In this document: positions 55,162 through 64,000 of the stretch, piece by piece
How positions within the stretch are numbered: the first letter of the stretch is position 1
Layout of the letters: each line of letters opens with the position of its first letter
Origin: the human T2T-CHM13v2.0 reference genome, Homo sapiens
Assembly (NCBI RefSeq): GCF_009914755.1
Contig: NC_060946.1
Strand: one strand, 5' to 3'
DNA length: 64,000 nt
The notes under the pieces: model-generated
What the model saw: the letters and a program-made list of their open reading frames with translations, nothing else
What the model was told of the DNA's origin: nothing
The model's database searches: none
Made by a program: the position numbers and the translations under genes

Positions 55162-55865
55162 GAAAACCATATGGTTAAATTAACAAACACAATAAAAGCG
55201 TTTGGCAAAATTAAATATTCTTACATGACAAAAAACCTCTCATCAATTTAGTATAGAAAATATATGCCTTAACACAAAGGACATAAAGGACAAATCTACA
55301 GCTAAGATCATACTGAGTGTGGAAAAGGTGAAAAATTTTACTGTGAACAAGAAAAAGATTATACTGGAACAAAAAAAGGATGTCTATTTTCACCAATCAT
55401 ATTTCACATAGTGAAAGTCTTAGCCAGGACGATTAGGTGAGAGAAAGAAATAAAGGACATCTGAATTGGAAAGGAGACAGTCAAATTGTCCCTGTTTAAA
55501 GACAATGTGATCTTATACATGGAAAAAAATAAGACTCTACCAAAAGCTTCTTAGGGTGATACATGAAATTAATAAAGTTGCAGGATATAAATCAACATAC
55601 AAAAATCAGTAGCATTTCTACATATTGATAGTAAACTAGCTGAAACAAGAAATTAAGAAAGTAATTCCTTTTACAATAGCTACAAAAATGTACTTAGAGA
55701 TAAATTTAACCAAGGAAGTAAAAGATTTTGACAACAAAAATGACAAATATTAATGAAAGAAATTAAAGAAAACACAAAAAAGGAAAGACATCCACGTTTA
55801 TAGATTGAAATAATATTCTTAAAATGACCCACTATCCTATGTGATTTACAAATTTAGTACAATCA
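55162..55865 (+). mobile_element. Old L1 ORF2 (RT region) fragment
   Basis: 'gagaaagaaataaaggacatctgaattggaaagg...aaagttgcaggatataaatcaacatacaaaaatcagtagcatttcta'. Confidence 0.85.
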
Positions 55866-56574
55866 CTAGCTTGTATTTTTAAAAGCACCTTTGCTGCATA
55901 TTCTTAAGATATTCAATGACAATGCCTGGATTTAAGTTTGAGGTATTATTATATCTATTTTATACTGGGCACAATATAATGTTATCAGAGGTAATGGTTT
56001 TGATTTGTCCTACGTCATACAGTAATATATATATTGTGATTTATAGACATGCTATCTTTTAATACTCAGGCATTTAGAAAGTTCATTTAGACAAAGTTAT
56101 AAAAACTTGCCTTCCTTTCTGCCTATATCACCTAAAAATCCTAATTTAAGAGGTAATAACATTTTTTATTTGATATACAATTTATCAACACAATAAAAAT
56201 CTAACAATTATGTGCAGAGTGTGAAAATCTCATCAGATTAAGGAACACAAATACATCTTTTTCATATTTTGAATGTAAAACTGTTTTGGAAACAGTTATT
56301 TTTAGAAACAGTTAAAAACATTTTTTCATTAGTTTTTCATGTAAAATTGTGACAACCAGCATGAAATAACTGTCATCACAGAAGCATGGTATATTCGATT
56401 CTGAAACATATTCTTTGTAAGTTTTAATATATTTACGTATTATTTATACTTAATTGTAACCCATAATGTACAGATATTATTTTTCCTTCAACTCTTAAGA
56501 ATACTCTTAAATAATAAAATAAAATTAATGAATTATAATTTTTGTTGGTTGGGAAAAAGACACACACGTGACAG

Positions 56575-59500
56575 TGCATCACTTCACCTCATCATTTCAT
56601 CTCATCATTTCATCTCATCATTTCATCTCATCATTTTATCTCATCATTTCATCTTATCCCATCTCATCTCATCATTTCATATCATCTCATCATTTCATCT
56701 CATCATTTCATCAAATCTCATCTCATCCCATTTCCATTTAATTTTCATTATTTCATTTCATCATTTCATTTCACTATTTCATTTCATCTAATTTCACTTA
56801 TTTCATTATGTCATTTCATATCATCTCATTTCATTTCATCTCATATTTTTGATATCATTTTTCATACCATTTTTCATCTCAATTCATTTCATCTCATCAT
56901 TTCATCTCATCTCATCATTTCCTCCTTTCTTTTCAACATTTCATCTCATTTCTTCTCATCTCATTACAATTTTATTTCATTATTTCATCTCATTTCATTA
57001 TTTCACCTAATTTCATTATTTCATCTCATCTCATCTCATCTCAATTCATCTCATCTCATTTCATCTCATCATTTCATCTCATCATTTTTCATCTCATCAT
57101 TTTTCATCTCATCATTTAATCTCATTTCATTTCATTTCATCTCATCATTTCAGCTCTTCATTTCATGTCATATCTCTTCATCATTTCATTTCAACATTTC
57201 ATCTCATCATTTCATCTCATCTTTCAATTTCATTTCAGTATCATCATTTCATCATTTCATTTCATCTCATTTCATTATTTCATTATTTCCTTTCAATTCA
57301 TCTCATTTCATCTAATCATTTTTCATCTCATCATTTTTTATCTCATCATCTCATCTCATCATTTAATCATTTCATCTCATTTCTTCTCATCATTTCATCT
57401 CATCATTTTATCTCATTTCATCTCATCTCATTTCAATTTCATTATTTCATTTCATTTCACTTCATTTCATTCCATCTCATCATTTTATCTCATCTCATTT
57501 CATCTCATCATTTCTTCTCATCTCATTTCATCATTTCATCTCATTTCATCTCATTTCATCTCATCTCATCTCATCATTTCATCTCATCATTTCATCTCAT
57601 CCTTTCATTTCATCTCATCGTTTCATCTTCTCATTTCATCTCATCTCACCTCAGCATTTCATCATTTCATCTCATCATTTATTTCATCTCATTTTATCTC
57701 ATCATTTCATCTCATATCTCAATTCAATTTCCTTTCATTATTTCATTTCATCTCATTCATTTCATCTCATTTCATTACATCTCATCATTTCCTCTCATCA
57801 TTACATCTCATCTCATCTCATTTCATCATTTCATCTCATCATTGCATTTCATCATTTCATCTCATCATTCATCTCGTCATTTCATCTCATTTGCGTTTCA
57901 TTTCCATTTCATTATTTCATTTCATCATTTAATTTCATCATCTCATTTAATTTCACCTCATTTCATTATTTCGTTTCATTTTTTCATTTCATTATGTCAT
58001 TTCATTTTTTCATTTCATTATGTCATTTCATTTCATCTCATTACATTTCGTCTAATTTCATTTCACCTCATTTCATCTCATCATTTCATTTCATCTCATC
58101 ATTTCATCTCTTTTCATCCCATTTCATCTCATCTCATCAACTCTTTTCATCTTATCTCATCATTTCATCATTTCATCTCATCATTTCATCTCATCTCGTA
58201 TCTTCTCATCTCATTTCAATTTCATTTCATTATTTCATTTCATTATTTCATGTCATCTCATCTCATCATTTCATCTCATCACATCTCATCATTTCATCAT
58301 TTTATTTCATCATCTCATCATTTCATCTCATCTCATTTCAATTTTATTTCAATTTCATTTCATTATTTCATTTCATCTCATCAGTTCATCTCATCATTTC
58401 ATCTCATCATCTCATCTCATCTCATCATTTCATTTCATCATTCATCTCATTTCATCTCATCATTCATCTCATCATTTCATATCATTATTTTATCTCACCT
58501 CATTTCATCTCATTTCATCTCATCTCATTCCATCATTACATCTCATTTCATCTCATTTTATGTCATCATTTCATGTCATTTCATCACATCTCATATCATT
58601 TCATCTCATTTCATCATTTCATCTCATTTCAACTCATTGCATCTCATCTCATCATTTCCGTTTCATTATTCCATTTCATCATTTCATTCATTATGTCATT
58701 TCATCTCATCATATTTCATCTCATCTCATCATTTCATTTCATCTCATCATTTCATCTCATTTTATCTCATCTCATCATTTCATCTCATCATCTCATCTCA
58801 TCATTTCATTTCATCATTCATCTCATTTCATCTCATCATTCATCTCATCATTTCATATCATTATTTTATCTCACCTCATCATTTCATCTCATTTCATCTC
58901 ATCTCATTCCATCATTACATCTCATTTCATCTCATTTTATGTCATCATTTCATGTCATCATTTCATCACATCTCATATCATTTCATCTCATCATTTCATC
59001 ATTTCATCTCATTTCAACTCATTGCATCTCATCTCATCATTTCCGTTTCATTATTCCATTTCATCATTTCATTCATTATGTCATTTCATCTCATCATATT
59101 TCATCTCATCTCATCATTTCATTTCATCTCATCATTTCATCTCATTTTATCTCATCTCATCATTTCATCTCATCATTTCTTCTCATCTCATCATTTCCAT
59201 TTCATTTTCATTTCATTACTTCATCATTTCATTATTTCATTTCATCTCATTTCATTATTTCATTTCATTATGTCAGTTCATTTCATCTCATTACATTTCA
59301 TCTCATTTCATCTCATCATTTCATACATCATTTCATTTCATCATTTCATGATTTCATCTCATCTCATCTCATTATCTCATTTCATCCCATTATTTCATCT
59401 CATTTCATCATTTCATTTCATCATTACATCTCATCATTTCAACTCATCTCATTTCAATTTCATTTCAATTTCATCATTACATTTCATAATTTCCTTTCAT

Positions 59501-59895
59501 TATTTCATTTCATTTAATCTCATTTTTCGTCTCATCATTTTTCATCTCATTTCATCTCATCATTTCATCTCATCATTCATCTCATTTCATCTCATCATTT
59601 TATCTCATTTCATCTCATCTCATTTCAATTTCATTATTTCATTTCATTTCATCTCATCATTTCATGGCTCGTTTTATCTCATCATTTCATCCATCATCTC
59701 ATCATTTCATCTCATTTTAACTCATCTCATCTCCTTTCAATTTCTTTTCAATTTTGTCATTTCGTCTCATAATTTCATCTCATCATTTCTACTCACCATT
59801 TCATCTCAAAATTTCATCTCATCATCTCATCTCATCATTTTGTCATTTCATCTCATCATTTCATCTCATCTCAAGTCATCTTATCATTTCATCTA
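56575..59895. repeat. Pentamer-based satellite (CATTT/CATCT/CAT)n, HSat2/3-like in design
   Basis: ~3.3 kb of catttcatctcat-type units with almost no G on the plus strand; source of the long S/H/F/I-rich ORFs. Confidence 0.92.
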
Positions 59896-59921
59896 AGTGA
59901 AATGATGTGATGGAATCATGA

Positions 59922-60518
<597 letters not shown>

Positions 60519-60907
60519 TAGGTAATATGAATATTCTGGACAGGAAATATGCCCTTAATTACATAGGAATAAACATTTGTTACACTGAGAAAAATCTAAT
60601 AGAGCTAAAAATAAAAATTAATTTGGAAAGGTCATTAGATACTGATACATTCTTACGTTTACACATTCTTTCATATATTCATATATTCTTTTAACAGTAT
60701 CAATGGTTTGGAGTTATGTGTACAAAACCATGACCTATATGTAATACAACTAATAACAGGCACTTACAATTCAAGGCATATTATATACAAAGCTTTAACT
60801 TCTTATCAAAATATTTCGTTTTTTTCTTTCTGTTTTGGCAGATACTATGAACACAACATTCAACTCACAGACACCATGGAGCCCTTACTAGGCATAAAGT
60901 ACTGTGA

Positions 60908-62600
60908 AAGGCCAGGGCTAGGACAGAACTGAGACAGGGCCAGGTATAGGACAGAACTGGGGCAGGGTCATGGCCAGAGAAAAACCAGGGGCAGGGTCAC
61001 AGCCAGGGACATGAGAGGACTAAGGCTAGGGCCAGAAGCAGCGCAGAACCAGGGCCAGGACAGGGACATGGCAGGGCCAGGGCCATGGCAGGATCAGGGT
61101 CAGCAGAAGGTCAGGGCAGGGCTAGGGTAGCACAGGGCCAAGGCAGGGCAGGGTCAGTGTAGAGCAAGGAACAGGCCAGGGTATGGCAGGGCAGGGACAG
61201 GGAGATCCAGGGCCAGAGTCAGGTCCAGGACATGGACAGGGCAGGGCCAGAAACATGGCAGGACCAGAAAGAGGACAGGGCAAGGGCAAGGCCAGAGAAG
61301 GACCATGGAAAAAACATGGCCAGGGAGAGTCCAGGGCAAGGGCAAGGCCAGGGCAGAACCAGAGCCACAGCAGGCCAAAGGCAGGGCCAGGGCAGGGCAA
61401 GGCCAGGGTAGGGCGAGGGTAGGGCCAGGGCGAGTTCAGGGCCAGGGCAGGACTAAGATAGCACAGGGCCAAGGCAGGGACAGGGCAGGGCCAAAAGGAG
61501 GGGCCAGGGCCAAGCATGGCCAGTGTCAGACCTGGGGATTGTCAGGGCCAGGGTCAGGGTCAAGGCTGGGCCAGGGACAGGGCCAGAGCAAGGCCAGGGT
61601 CAGGGCAGAACCAGGACCAGGATAAGGCAAAGCCAAGGCCAGTGCAGGGCAAGGCCAGGGCAGGCCAAGACCAGGGAAGGGCAAGGCCAGGGTAGAAAAG
61701 GCCAGTGTACGGCCAGGCCAGGGTAGGAGAAGGCCATGGTAGGGCCAAGGCCAAGGCAGGGCAGGGCTAGGGTAGCACAGCGCATGGCCAAAAACAGAGC
61801 AGGGCCATAGCAGTGGAAGGACTAGCAACAGGGCTAGGGCAAGCGCTGGACCAGAGCATGGTGGGGACAATACAGGGCCAGGACAGAGGATGGCAAGGCA
61901 GGTCCAGGGCCATTTCATGGACTCGGTAGGCCTGGGGTCAGGCCAGGGCAGGGCAAAGGCAAGGCCAGGGAGAAGGCAGGGCCGGGGCCAAGGCAGTGCC
62001 AGGGCAGGGCAGGACCAGTGCAGGGCCAATGCAGGGTGAGGGCAAGGCCAGGGCATGGAAGGGCAGGGCAGGACCAAGGAAGGGCCAGGAGAGGGCCATG
62101 GCAGGGTCATGGCCAGAACAAGGGTATGGCTGGGGTCAGGAATATGGTAGGATGAGGGCTGGGCCCAGGCTGGGGCATGCAGGGCAGAGCATGGCCTGTG
62201 CAAGGCATGGCCAGAGCCAGGCCATAGAGATGGGAGGGCAACACCAAGGCAGAGTCAGGGTAGATCCAGGGCTGAGCAGAGTCAGGGCAGGTCCAGAGTC
62301 GAGGCAGAGCTAGGGCCCAAGCAGGGCCATGGTAGCACCAGGGCAGAGGAGGGCAGGGCAATGCAGGACTGGGCCATGGCAGTGCCTGGTCAACTCCGGG
62401 GCAGGGCCAGAAGCAGGACAGGGACAGGGCCAATGCTCAGGCCAGGGACAGGGCATGACAGGACGTGCCAGAGCAGGGCTGGGCCAACGTCGGGGCAGGG
62501 CAAATCAGACCAGGACACCTCCAAGTCCAGCTCTGGCCCTGCCTTGGCCCTGGCCCCTTCCTGGCCTGACCTTGTCCCTGGCCCTGCCCTATCCATGCCC
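60908..62600. repeat. CAGGG repeat block 1
   Basis: Degenerate cagggc/ggccaggg/caaggc units, G-rich on + to ~62520, then C-rich (ggccctgcc) to 62600. Confidence 0.92.
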
Positions 62601-62654
62601 TGTGTGTTTGACCAGTGTTTTATAACCAGAATCCTACAAGAAACTTAAATTAGT

Positions 62655-62900
62655 TCTTTTTGTGCATTTTTAGTAGAGATGGGGTTTCACAATGTTGCCC
62701 AGGCTGGTTCCAAACTCCTGAGCTCAAGCCATCTGCCTGCCTTGGCCTCCCAAAGTGCTGGGATTACAGGAGTAATCTGGCCAAGTATTTAACTTCTTTA
62801 TGCCTGTTTCCTACATTTGGAAAATGGAGATGCTTTAAGTACCTAGCACATAGAATTATTGTGAGAATCAATGCCTCACATATTTACATGTTGATAAAAT
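62655..62900. mobile_element. Antisense Alu left-arm fragment (62655-62782) plus MIR-like fragment
   Basis: 'ttttagtagagatggggtttcac...cccaaagtgctgggattacagg', then 'atttaacttctttatgcctgtttcctacatttggaaaatgg...attgtgagaat'. Confidence 0.75.
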
Positions 62901-63062
62901 TATACTCATAGAACACTACTGGAAGCAAAGATAGTATTAGTTAAAATTTAGTGATTACTACAAATATTATTACTATCACAAACAACATAGTATAGACATT
63001 ACTACTACTATAGTTATCTTAAAAATCTAAAATAAAAATTTTACATAATAGCCTAAAGTAAT

Positions 63063-64000
63063 CTCTCCTGCTCTGCCCTGGCTCAGCCCTAGTGCTGGCT
63101 CTGCCCCTAGTCCTACTACATCCCTGGCCCTGACCCTTCCCTGGTCCAGCCGCTGCCCTGGCCCTTCCCATCTTCAGGCCTTACCATGGCCCTACCCTGG
63201 TCCTGACCCTGCCCTGGTCTGGTCCTGACCCTGGCCCTACCCCAGAGAAGGGGTATGGCAGAGCCAGGGAAGGGCTGGGGCAAATAAGGGACAGGACACA
63301 TCCAAATCCAGGAAAGGGCCAGGGCCATGACAGAGCCAGGGCGAGTCCTTGGCAGGGCCAGGTTCCAGGCCAGGGCCAGGAAAGGGTCATGGCAGGGTCA
63401 CTGTATGGCCAAGGTCCAGGCCAAAGCCAAGGCAGTGGCAGGGTCAGGTCTGCATAAGGGCAGGACCAGAGCCAGTGATACAGCAGGGCCACGGCCAGGG
63501 CCAGGGCTGTGCCAGGACAGAAGAAGAGCAGAGCAGGGCAGGACCACAGCCAGGCCATAGAGAGGGTAGGGCAAATGCCAAGGCAAGGCCAGGGTAGTGC
63601 CAGGGCTGAGGCAAGGTCAGGGAAGGTCCAGGGCTGAGTCAAGGTTAGAACCAAGACAGGGGCAAAGGCTGGGGCAGATCTAGGGCACAAGCGGGGCAGA
63701 TCTAGGGCACAAGCATGGCAGGCTAGGGCAGGGCAATGGCAAGACCAGGTCATGGCAGGGCCAGCCCAGGATAGAACAGGGCACAGGCAGGGCAGGGCCA
63801 GGGCCATGGCTGGGGCAGGACAAGGACCAGGACTGGGGTCCAGGCCAGGGCAAGGGTATGGCCAGGGCAGAGGTAGGGCCAGAGCCAGGGTGTGGGCAGG
63901 ACCAAGGCAGGTCTATTGCAGGGCCAGGGTTCAGACCAGGGCCAGAGCAGGGCTGGGACAGGGCCAGGGCCAGAACCAGGAAAGGGCAATGTCAGGACAA
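63063..64000. repeat. CAGGG repeat block 2 (runs off the window)
   Basis: C-rich at 63063-63242, then G-rich CAGGG units to the end. Confidence 0.92.

Noticed and set aside
57165-59896. Long ORFs of 255-684 aa
   Set aside because: Translations of a G-poor satellite that rarely forms stop codons; S/H/F/I low complexity with no domain.
61122-63989. Many P/G/Q/A/W-rich ORFs on both strands
   Set aside because: Products of CAGGG repeats; open in several frames at once.

Overview
Human (AluYb8 and L1HS-Ta1 present), gene-poor, repeat-dense DNA with the mosaic layout of a pericentromeric segmental duplication. I find no intact protein-coding gene. From left to right it holds: a degenerate GCTTTTTGC (CAAAAAG-type) GC-rich repeat at ~4.1 kb; an IGKV1 orphon with an open V exon and intact 12-RSS but a mutated octamer and both leader ATGs lost; an internally deleted HERV-L provirus whose 3' MLT2A LTR contains a second, inverted MLT2A LTR; a long Alu/L1/L2/MaLR-rich stretch carrying an isolated, RING-deleted TRIM43-like exon not shown as such in the ORF track; a twin-primed L1HS Ta-1 insertion; ~3.3 kb of CATTT/CATCT pentamer satellite; and CAGGG repeats with strand switches. 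Almost all ORFs in the track are repeat-derived. The sequence alone does not establish a new biological system. The best hypotheses are a cluster of DUX4/cleavage-stage-type elements and a RAG-competent orphan RSS. Repeat subfamily names come from recalled consensus features, and boundaries of old repeats are approximate.
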